DNA of 64,000 nt, taken from Rhizodiscina lignyota (lineage: Eukaryota). The stretch spans positions 2,294,001 to 2,358,000 of the forward strand of contig ML978125.1 of assembly GCA_010015805.1 (NCBI GenBank). Direction: 5' to 3'. How positions within the stretch are numbered: position 1 is the first letter of the stretch; each line of letters opens with the position of its first letter. This document shows positions 24,680 through 35,768 of this stretch, one piece after another. Below the pieces are notes generated by a model, which saw only the letters and a program-made list of their open reading frames with translations, made no database searches and was not told the DNA's origin. The position numbers and the translations under genes are program-made.

Positions 24680-25780
24680 ACTTGATTCCAAGCCCCAAGA
24701 TCGCACAGTATCGGTTGCTGACGTCGAACGGCTATGAGCGGCATGTTGCTCCATGTTCGTAGTGCTTCTTCCACAAGAATTGAACGCATCTCCAGCATTC
24801 AATAAACGGGACATGATCCTTCTCCCGACCCTTCCGCTGTGTCGCACGAGCACAGGCCCGAGTTTGTGTTAAATGTTTTCAGCGGAAATCGTCAGAAGTT
24901 CCAGCTTCTCATATCATTGGAAAGATTGCTCTTCGCGCGCAGCGAGAGTGTTACACCAAGCTCCGCATAGCACCTCGTGGTAGCCAGTCAATGAGGGTGG
25001 CACATATCGCGAGGATCATATGCGACAAGTGGGATCGCTCTTAGAGCTGTGGCACACGACTCTGTGTGCACTTGTGCGTTTCGACTCCCACTGACTTCGA
25101 GGAAAATCGCGCGGAAACCCAGCTTCTCTTCCCACTCGCAAGATCGCTCTTCAGCCATATTGAGCTTACCGCGCGAGTCTCTAGTCCAGCTTTTGAGAGC
25201 CGCGTTCGAATTGTATCGTACGGATCTCGCACATTCTACTCGACCGAGCGGGATTTTCTTCGAAGAATTCCGTAGCAGTACCGCACGCGCTTTTATAGTT
25301 TTCCGCCCAACTACCTCAACGGAAGTCGCGCGAAAGTCCAGCTTCTCTTATGAACTGGGACGACCGTTTTCCAAAATCGTTCGCATATCGTGCGAGTATT
25401 CATACAGTTCTCGCACGAGCGCCTTCGATCGACTTCGCCCTGAGCGTCCATTTTCTGTTACCATCTGAAATTTCGCACTTCGAGCGAGTCCGCAGTATCG
25501 CTCGAGCACGTGTGCCTGCTTAGGCGAAGCGAATGCAACGATGTTCGGACGAGTATTCAGCTTCGCTAAACATATTCCAAGTTCCCCGTCCAGGCCGACC
25601 TCCACTCTCGCGCGAATGCCTATGCAACCTTTGCGGCGTGCGGGCTCGATGAAGTTCACAACGCCTATTTCGCCTCACGTAGCGAAGTGCTCTTCAATAC
25701 TCGCGCGACAGCAGGAGTGTTTTTACCGGTTCAAATCGAGCTCCTGCGTGAGGAAGCGGCCTCACTGTGCAATACTAGAA
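24680..25780 (-). repeat. Degenerate tandem repeat, period ~218-219 bp (73 codons), 4-5 copies; probable decayed repeat-protein gene
   Basis: ccagcttctc occurs at 24901, 25119 and 25338, and tcagcttcgc at 25557, with further matches at equal offsets (aagat[t/c]gctcttc; cg[c/t]gcga). The minus-strand frame reads EKLGFRA / EKLDFRA / AKLNTRP, with stops. Confidence 0.6.
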
Positions 25781-26001
25781 GAGTCTATCTTGCTAAGCGA
25801 GGGTACGCTGTACGTATCTCTACTCTCAGTTCTTCTATGGAAGCCAATGTCGCATTGTCCAGCGGAAGACGTTGAAAGTCTGGCATTTTGGTGTATTGAT
25901 AAGAAAAGAGAATTTACGAGATGCATATAATAAATTTCTTTGTTCAGAGTCACTGTATCATTTACGACATCCTTAATATTCTATGGTCAATTCCACAGAC
26001 T

Positions 26002-27521
26002 TCATATATACAGACTTTTGATATTGGCAGCCAAGAAGTCGTACACATCTCCTCTGAAGTCATCATTGATCATCGTTGACGTCAGGGGATACATATTGAG
26101 TAACTGCTTTGAACTTGCCCATGTCGGCCAATTCGCAAGGGCTGTATTCGTGCTGTTGTTCGGATTGAGCGAGTTCACGAACGATACATAGTAACCATGG
26201 AACGCAGAAGATGCATAATTCGGAAGGACGCCAAAGAAGACTTGTAGAATGTCACTCCCGTGGAATGTTCCGAGGACCGGAGTGCCAAAATCGTACGAGG
26301 ATAGGTATGACCAAGTCGGAACGTCTGCAGCAAATGAGTTGACCATAGTCAAAGTGGCCCGCCGAGTGATGGTAAAAGTGAGATCTCCGAGGATGGCTGC
26401 AAGGCGCTTGAACTGCGGATACCAATTGTTTAGGAGACCGGTGCGAAAAGGTGAGCCATCGGCTGAGATGTCGGAATAGAAGTCAATAAGCTGCTCGATC
26501 TGGCTTTGACTGGCGCTGTGGAAGTATTTGGAGAGTAAATAGTCTACGACCTCGTCGTCAGTGGTGATGTTTGATTGGAACAGTGCGAATAGTGTCCCTT
26601 CGTCTTCTTGATCGCCGATGATGAAAGGAACTTTCGCAAACTTTCCAGCAAGACCAAGTACATCCGGTGAGTCTGTGAGGAATGTCCCGTCTGGTCGTGG
26701 TAGGTAAGACAATGCTACAGAAGAGTAGCTGAGAATCCCGGAAGGTGAATTGGTTGCATTCAAGAATGTTTCGTAATCCAGAGCACGGAGACATGACAGA
26801 GTGTTGCCGGAGGAAGAGCAACCTGCGGCAGCAACAACGGTGTCATATATGTCTTGGGCCTTGGGACAGTCGACTGGATCAGCGGGAATAATGCTCCCTG
26901 AGTTCATTATGGCACCACGGAAGAGAGGTTGGCTCCTGTAAGTGTTGTCCCCATCGTACGCGATCATATGGTCGAAGACTGAGATTGAGCCAGCACTCTC
27001 CCCCCAGATTGTCACCTTGCTAGGGTCTCCTCCGAAAGCGGCAATATTATCGGCAGTCCATTGCAATCCAAGTCGCTGGTCGAGCAGGCCAAGATTCGAT
27101 GAGCCATCTGCGAGTATCTCTTTTCCGAAGTTGTCCCCTTGGGTCTATGTACGTTAACTACTAAGCAGTCCTCACCAACATCCAGTGCCTTTTGAAATAA
27201 TGGAGTATCCAAAAACAGGCCGATCTCAGATGTTGGAATGGCATCGTTCAGTGTCGTGCTGAAGAAGAATTGAGGGCAAGCTTTGCCATTCTCCTGGGCC
27301 AATATAGTCCCGAGGGGCTCTGTCAGTGGCTGTGGAGGCTTCAAGCGTAATGAGTCAACAGGAGGTTTGGCAAATGGAATCCCGGCAAACTGTTCTACTT
27401 CACCAGCAAGTCCAACAATTGTGGCCTCTGGAGAAGAGATTGTGACTGTTGGTGAAGCAGAAGCAGCGGGTAACGCGGAGCAGGACAGGAAACTGCAAAA
27501 CAGAACAAGAAGAGTGAACAT
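26002..27521 (-). pseudogene. Secreted type-B carboxylesterase/lipase (Candida rugosa lipase-like) with an internal frameshifting deletion
   Basis: Signal peptide, FAGIPFAKPP and EDCL, then a jump directly into a different frame at GKEILADGSSNLGLLDQR. GESAG, GDQEDEG and GTFHGSD are intact downstream. The LPVxxWIxGGGF...NYR segment is missing. Confidence 0.85.
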
Positions 27522-28299
27522 ATTTAGAACAACCGAGGGTCAATGACTTAATAGAAGCAAAATGCCTCGCACGAAAGTTCTCCTTTCAGATACTAGTTCT
27601 CCCATCGCGGCCGCAAGCACCAACAGTGCCATACTTATATGGCCACCTTCGTACTACCTACTGTCCCATATGAACATGGTGTTACCCTCACATGTCGATG
27701 CCACAGTCAATAGGCGAACATCCTCGGCCATCATTAGTTCTTAGACTTTGAGCATGTATCTCATGACTCTTGCCATAGCTGTGTCCAGTTACGGCATGCG
27801 AGTGATAGCTAGTGAGCGATAGGTTCAATCGGAAGCCGGAAATCTTTCTTCCTGAAGACATAGTTGGAAGGAGGTACAAGCCGAGCCATAATTGAGGTTG
27901 CGGGGTAAAACTTGAATATATTGAGGTGATTGTTCTCGTGGCCATGATAGCGTGAAGTTAATCGGTAGATGTGCCAAAAGGGAACCAAAAAGCCGTCACA
28001 CCTGCCTAGCGCGGCAAGCACAAGCGCCCACAACCTTCGGGGTTTCTCTATATAACGTTAGGGTAACCAGGATAATGCTATATTGAAACATTCGAAATTA
28101 ATAATTGACATGTGTAGATCACTAGGCACACCAATGAAGGTTGAGTGCTCTCTGTGCCGTCGAACGGTGCAGGTCTAAGCTCTGTTACACATGAAATGCG
28201 ATGGCTTCCAATGCCTTGGTATGCTCTCCAGATCATCAATCTCAGACTTAATAAAATTTACTATGTACAAATGCGTTTAATGTGAGACCGCCATGAAGC

Positions 28300-29816
28300 T
28301 TACCTGGTGCCATTCGAGTGCAAACTTGCAATGAGTCTCGGCAAAACCGAATCAGTGAACGCCCAGACATTTCCTGTGTAGTCCTCAGACCAAAGACCGC
28401 CCGTATACCACGTCGAGTGCTGACCTTGCAGAGCATAAACGTCTTGCACGATTCCGGCTCGAAGCTCTGATGCAGGTTGGCGCCAGAGGATCGAGTTGTG
28501 GTCCTGAAACGCGACAAAGTCGATAGTAGCATTTGTGGAGTTCGATGCGAACGTGCCGCTGATTGTGAGATTTTGGACAGCTGTCGTGATTATTCTCTTT
28601 GCATCCGCGTGGCTGAGGGAGTAATTGGCTGCGAAGAGGATTTCAAATAAATGCTCCTCTGGCGGTATTTTTGGTGCGGTCGTGATACTGAGCGTCCACG
28701 GCCAGTCGCGGATGCCGAGATAGTTGTCTAGCGTCGCATCAGGGGCATAGAAGTAAACAGAGTATCCGGCAGGTATAGCTGGGATCCGAGCTACGGCTGC
28801 AAAGCTCCAAGTGCCGGTAAAGGTGCTGAGCGCAGCAGTTTCGTTTCCAGTCAGTCCAAAAGGTTCCAGGTTGCGGACACTTGGAGGCGGCGTGAAGAGC
28901 ATGCGCTTAGCCTTGATCAATTTCTTACTGGTGCTGTTCTTGCTCTGGATAACGAGCTTGACGCCGTTTGCGCTTCGTTCGCCAATAGTGACTCGGCTTT
29001 GCAAGATCACGTCGTCTCGCAAGAGGTTGTATGCGCGGTCGTACAAGACGCTGTTGCTCAGATTTGCGGGCACGAATAAGGAACTGTTCAGAAACTCCTG
29101 CGTGACAGGTATTCCAAATGCGAACAAAACATACAAGGTCAGCACCTTCTCGATGCCGCCAATGCCTACATTAGAGACAACTGTAAAGATGGGTGCAGCG
29201 GCCTCAATGCCATGGCGCTGTGCGAACTCGCCGAATGGTAGCAATAATTCAGATGGAATGTTGGATCCAGCGGGGAAATTCCACAAACCAGGAAGCGTAA
29301 TGTTGGCGTATTTCTCTGTCAAGTTGAGCCATGTGGCGATTGCACCGATCTGAGCTTCTAATGAAGGCGCAGTGTACGATGTCAGGTTACTGCCACTAGT
29401 CGTGCTGACATAAACTGACGTCTGCGGTGACTGTGTGTAGGGCGTGATTGGAACATGGAAGCGGGTGAAGAAAGCGGCAGTGTCTCCGTAGCGGAGATAT
29501 GCTTCGACACCATAATCGATTGAGATATTGGAGATTGGGTCGACATAGGTGTTGACGTGACCACCCTTGCGATTGGTTAGAACATAGCAGAGCAAGAATG
29601 GGTTATACGCACCAGACGATCTTTCTCCTCTATAACGACGATATTGGTATTCAAATCCTCGCGCAATCGGACTGCAGCATAAGTGCCTGATGCCCCACCG
29701 CCAATGATGGCGACATCTTTGGTGATGATGTCTTCAGGAGCGAACTCTGCCTCATTGATTGATGCGATCGTACTGGTGACCGTGGCAGCGAGCGTTAGAA
29801 GGCATATCAAAACCAT
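28300..29816 (-). CDS. Secreted flavin-containing amine-oxidase-superfamily oxidoreductase, 2 exons
   Basis: Signal peptide, DVAIIGGGASGTYAAVRL...VVIEEKDRL|GGHVNTY, and C-terminal LQGQHSTWYTG; many N-glycosylation sequons. Confidence 0.88.
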
Positions 29817-31882
29817 CTTTGAATCGATGAAATTAAAGACTGAACGAAAAGACAAGGCCCATACTCTACATTCAACCTCGTCCCTTAACTATCGCGATCG
29901 AGGTATCCTTGTTGTGTCCCTGCATCTTTTCCGTGGAGGAGCTGCAGAGCACTTTAGGATCTGCATGGCAAAGGATCGTAAAATGTAACCGCCGTATTAA
30001 TGCCTGCACAACTTCCTGAATCGCTGAATTGATGATGTAATCAAGCATAATTGCAATATTTCCCGACGCAACAACGGCTCGGAGGTTATCTCTAATTACG
30101 GAGTCCGGCCGCAGAGGGTTGAAATCGAAAATATGAACCTAAGAGTTGTCGCCAGCATTTCTTCAACATCTCGAGGATCTGCTCGAAGTGGATTGCAAAT
30201 TCAGATTCAGCTACAACTTGAGGCTTGAGCTTCATCGGATTCCAGTGTCCAAAACGTTTGTGCAGATCGGAAAGACTCTTTCAGCTTGGTCAGGCTCCAT
30301 TACTGTGCTCTTGCATGGTTGAAGGACCACCCTGCCCAAAAGAGTGAAACCCAGTTTCTTGCCTCGGCCGGTGCCAAAAATGCATGTTCTCGGTTTCATA
30401 GTGGCTACAAAAATTGGAGAGCGTATTTCTGAATCATTTGGTTTGGATTTTTGACCCAAGAGAGCTCCATTGCTTGGTCCAGGTTAGTGCCGTAGATCAA
30501 GAAGAACACCTCCAATACGCCTTTGGATGTTGATCGTACCACCTTTCGGTATTATAGCGTTGAATGCTGCGCTGCGATCGCGGAAGCGGTGCAGCCCTTT
30601 AAGGTCCCTGGAGAAGAGTAGATGAGCGGATTTTTTGAAGATAGAGGGGCCAGAATCTGAGCGTGAACGCCTCGTAGATAGGCTCTGCTATCGTGTCAGC
30701 GTCTGGAACTGCAGTCCCCTAGTTATACCTGAAGACATCATATTCCTGCAAGGTTTTGGATCATGTTTAATCCAAAAGAGTCCTGGATGACATGTACAAT
30801 TGCGCTTTATAACTTTTCAGCGATATCTCTGTCGGAGCACGAATGATCAATGTGAGTTGATTAGGGAAGGAAGCTCTCAAGGAGAAGTGCTCACTTATAC
30901 ACAAGAGAGCGCTAAGGCGCACTGATCACCCCACAGCGCCCCTGACGGCCTCCCAACTTGACCATGAGAAGAAGTCTTGATTTACGGGGTCATGAATCTG
31001 TCAGGTACTCTACAGCTATACCTAAAAGGGATAGACCATGCCAGATATGGACGTAGTGGTGGTGGTCTATCTTGCCCCTTACCCGAAGGTTCGTTCCTAT
31101 GCCCTCTTTCGTTTCATGTAGCCTTTGCTTCTATGATTTCCTGTCATGCTTTCCAAGTTCCAACTGCTTCTCTGCTCGATAAGGGTATCTTGGTAAATGC
31201 ATGGGAGTGACTCCAACCAACCAGCATATGTATATCATCTCATATTTCCAAATTAGGTAAAAAGTGCGCGCTAAGTGCGAGCGCTACGTGTTACCGAATT
31301 CAGACGAGGCGCGGCTCCACATCATCCTTCCGCAGCACTAGGTTGTACCTTTGTGACGCGAACAAGCTCTAACATCATTGGACAGTATGCGTGGTACTGC
31401 TATACAGCCTCTGCTATTCACTCTGAATTGAGGCTCTCAGAGAGGCGAATCGGAGGGTTCAACATGCCGTGCAATAATAAGCAGACGCAAGCAACTCTGC
31501 TTGCTACAGGCTTCAAACAGGAAAAATCCACCGCTCATATAACCGGGCACCTGCACGATCTTCCATCTTATGAACTATACGAAGTGGCTGGTGACCGAGC
31601 TTCAGGCAAAGCTCGACGATGGCCGAGGGGCGGATGCGCTCAATTCAATCCTCCGTCAGCACCGAGACAATATGCGAAGGTCGGCTTACAGCCTCAAGAA
31701 TTAACCCGATGACTAGAATGCGAATTCAGGGCATGGTTTTGCAGCCATTAAGCGGTTCCGCGCCACCGCGTCACCAGATGGCTTCGTCTTCTAGTATTTA
31801 AGGGTACTGTAGTTGCAAACGGATATCTTTCATCAGTATCGATTTTCTCCTAATTCATCCTATAGACCATCGCTTCAGCAGG

Positions 31883-33480
31883 ATGTTCTTCTACAGTCTT
31901 ACAACAATAGCCACAGCAGCACTTCTCTTACCCTCTGTCTCTCTTGCACATCAATGCAGTAAATACTCTCTCCCCAGCCAAGACGAAATTCGAGCTGCGG
32001 AAAAGGTACCCACCGGAAATCCAGCTAAATGCCTTTCGGGCACCAAGTTCTTTCCTCAGCGAGTCGATCACTCCAGCAGCGATACATCTCCGAATTCAAC
32101 CTTTCTTCAGCAGTATGAAATCCACGACCAACACTTCACGCCGGGAGGGCCAATCATCTATTGGCAGAATCCGGAGCAAACATATGGTTGTCTCAACAAT
32201 ACATCAGGGCCAGCTTGGGCAGACGAGCTCGGCGGAATGGCCATCTCCCTAGAACAACGATATTATGGACTCAGCACGCCTCCTGGCCTGAACTACACGG
32301 AAAATACAAACTGGACAAACGCCGATATGAAGTACCTGACATTGGAGAACTCGTTGTTAGATGCTGTAACCTTCGTGGAATGGATCAGATGCAACTACCC
32401 AGGTGCCAAGGATAGTAAGGTTATTGTTTTCGGAGGTAAGTATGATTGTTTTTAGGCCAAGCAAAGTATCGCATTACACATTGAATCTAACAAGCTCATA
32501 GGCTCATATCCAGGATTCCTCACTATAAACTTCAGGGTCAAGTACCCAGATGTCTTCTACGGTGGTCTAGCTTCGAGCTCGGTCACACGCGGCCTTGATG
32601 TCAATATATTTTCGAAATACACATTCGCATGGGGAAACTGGGTGGGCTGGTCCATCGTCCGACACGTGAATGGTGGGCTAATGTGATACAGGCAAGCCAA
32701 GTAACAAGCGAGATCTCCGCGCTGGCAGCATCGAGGATAAAGCAAGCATTCGTCGACATCCGCGAAATGGTTAAAACTGGTAACGTCTCTGGACTTCAGG
32801 AAGCGCTTCACCTCTGCACCCCTGTCAAGTCTGCCGAACAAGCCTCCATAATCCCATTTGGGCTGTTCGGCCTGTTCACTGAGAACATCCAAAATAACCG
32901 GCCTTCATTCGGCAGTCCCGGCTCCCTAACAATTGAGACTGCGCTCAATTCAAGCGACTCTCTCGAAATTCTCGGCACAATAACCAAGGCCTTCATCTTA
33001 TGGAACGGCTACCCCTCTAACTGCTTTCCATACGAAGACCAGCCGCGCACTCTGTTTAGTTGGATCCAGTGCACGTACCTTCCGTACAGCTCACCATACT
33101 CCACGGAAGACTCTATCTTCGGCGCCTTTCTACCCGATTATTCGCACCCACTCAGTCTTGATCCGACATGTCTGTCGGGATGGAATATGACGTCTAACCC
33201 AGGTGGCCCAGACTATCAACGTCGCATACGCGTCGATCAGGAGACCATTGACACTACCGAGCGCCTCATTCTCAGCGAGAACACGTGGGACCCTGTCATG
33301 TCGATAGGACCAGACAACATTTTCCCGCCGTTTGGGACAAATGGCAGCCGGATGTATTTCATTTCGTACACGTCGCATATTGAAGACATCTTGGTCGACA
33401 TGCCCACAGACGGAGTGTGGCTGAGGAATGCAAGGAAGTTTTACCTGGAGACATTCAAGGAATGGTTGGGCAGAGTCTAA
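31883..33480 (+). CDS. Secreted serine peptidase, S28 family, 3 exons
   Basis: Signal peptide, QRVDH..TFLQQY, PGGPI, LEQRYYGLS, LTLENSLLD, nucleophile FGG|SYPG, KYPDVFYGGLASS, WDPV, SHIEDI. Introns at ~32437-32500 and ~32641-32691. Confidence 0.85.
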
Positions 33481-33899
33481 TTCGTTGCTTGAGAGTATAT
33501 GCCTGGGAATGGACGAGTGTAAGCATTTGAGTGATGATTAGAGTAATGCTGTCGAGTTAAGTAGTAATGTGCAAAGAACGTTCTGTTTGACTGGAATATC
33601 ATTTGTTCATAAGGTCGTCGAAGACAAAGATTTGGCCAGGTAAGGGCCCTCAGAGAAGATGCTTTCATTTCTTGTCTTTTGTTAATTCAGATAAGTAGAA
33701 AAATGGACCGCATGGCTATGAGAGAAAGAGTAGTTCCGCAGCAGTTTGTTTCATGAGCAAGTAAGTGTTGCAGAGTCAAGTTAACCCCCAAGATCCGATC
33801 GCCACTTCAGAAGTTCAGAGCCACCGTTACATCGCCGCGCTTATCACCGCTTTTGAATCACCTGCCAGAGGCACATCATTACAGTGGACAGTCTCAGCC

Positions 33900-34810
33900 T
33901 CAGTGCACAGGACGGCCCGACAGCGCGATCAAGGCCTGGAATCTGTCAGCGGCATATCTGTCTCTTCGCAAGGAGCAGTCGTTACGCACGTCGCAGATGG
34001 CCTGACTGGCATGGCCACAGACCTTTGTGTAGATGAGATTTGTTAGGAAGCTGGCTATTTCGCTCGGATTGATCTTCTCCACCTCGCGCTTCATCATTTC
34101 GACATTCTTATGTGCTTCTCTCTTTCTGGGGGAGACGATGACGCCGACTTCATCGCACACTGGGGGATTCTTGCTCTCCTGCGACGTATCAGCATGAATT
34201 GCACTCTCCTAACACAAACGTCTACTAACGTCGCATTCGACTGAGAATACTTGACGGGCTTCGATGTTATCTTCTTGCTCTTCCAGTTCGATTGCCGGGT
34301 CGATTTTTGGAAGGGGCGCCAGATCTCGCTGCTTGTGGATGCCAGTGATCCGAACCTTATTGCACACTGGAGGATCCTTGTTGTACTGCGCTGTATCAGA
34401 AATATATTCTATCGAGGGCTAGCCGTGAGTAACAGGCACTTACGTCGCAGATAATAGCAACATCATTTCGCTCCGCAAGCTTGACGGACGGAGTGATATG
34501 ATCACGCTTTTCCTCGGGGACGCCGATGACAGTGACCTCATCGTACCAGGGCTGTGGCGAATCGTACTGCACAGCGTCAGCAAAATACTCGTCTTCCCAA
34601 GCCGTATGCAGTCGACACTAACGTCGTAGATAATGGTGGCCAGCTGACGAGCTCCGACATTATCCTTCTTCGTTAGTACGCTCGCTGGACTAGATGCAGG
34701 AGGCGTTGGCCACATTAAGAAAGTGACGATGCTGAAGAAGGAGCGAATGTCGGCAAGACACGCAAGTTCAGAATTGCCGATAGAACAAAGTCAATGACTG
34801 CTCTGAACAT
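33900..34810 (-). CDS. Putative secreted repeat-core peptide precursor (Kex2-processed repeat protein-like); multi-exon, 5' end possibly damaged
   Basis: Phase-0 introns at 34567-34622, 34386-34443, 34179-34229 and 33936-33989 each follow a (C/Y)D codon pair. Spliced cores are IIYD|YDSPQPWYDEVTVIG, IICD|YNKDPPVCNKVRITG and VECD|ESKNPPVCDEVGVIV, flanked by GAR/AER/EAR and KR/QR. A hydrophobic leader starts at ATG 34810. Confidence 0.7.
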
Positions 34811-35768
34811 CCTCGGGCAGAATTAAAGTTTGAAGCTCGTTAAGCTTTCTCAACAGCGCTTAACGATGCCTATTGTCAATGTAGTTGTCTTCCACGGACA
34901 TAAGGATAAGGAGAGGCACGTTGAGATATGGTATGGGAATGTCAATCAGTGAGTATAAGACCAACATGCTCAACTGGATCCCCACGCTTCGTCAGACATG
35001 TAAACTTATTCATTTGGTTCATTTCACGTGTATTTATCGCTTTTGAGGGAGTAAGAGGACTGGCTTTTCGCACTGGTTGAACAAATACCATGGCACATTG
35101 GCTTCTTCTTCTACATCCTGCGCTTCAAAGTGCCGAGCAACTCTCGTGGGGACACGGAGAGTTTGCTAAATTTGAACTCTGGCGAGTGAGCGAGTATTGC
35201 GCGTGATGGCCTCAGGAGCCGTTAAAGGCGTTGAAGGGTGATTGGGAAAGCTCGGCTTCCCCAGCCGCAATCAGGAACCGGCATCTAGCTGGCGCGCTAA
35301 ACAGGGGCTTGATGGCTGGTACTGTACTAATCGGAGTATTCCGTCTGGGCGCCGCCCGCAAACCATCTGGTGCTCCGTCGTCACCACGAGCTGCTCCGCT
35401 GCACTCTTCCTCCTTCCTACTTGCTACTGACTCCCTTTCCCCCTTCACATCTTGTGTCATCTTGTGCGCATCTGGCTCAGCTCGAGAGCCACTTACAGCC
35501 ATAGCAGTAGGGACACTTTCGACAAGAGTTCGTTTTGTCGGCGCTGAACTGGTCGATCCTCCCTGCGCGTCGTAACTTTTCGCGACGCTCGGGTAGTGGA
35601 CCGCGCAACGACAGCACATAAAGCACCAAGAGCTTCTCAAGACCCATTAGCCTCTCATCGAGAGACTGTGATGTCCTCCTCGAGCTGACGCAAGGCATTC
35701 ACGACACCTCGCGGCCTTCGAACCCTTCAGCTGAAGCTTCAGTTGCTGATCGCAACGCCTCCGTCACC

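Noticed and set aside
28300..35200. Dikaritin (ustiloxin-type) RiPP cluster around the peptide precursor
   Set aside because: No DUF3328/UstY HxxHC protein, tyrosinase or P450 is visible nearby, and the cores are long, divergent and Cys-looped.
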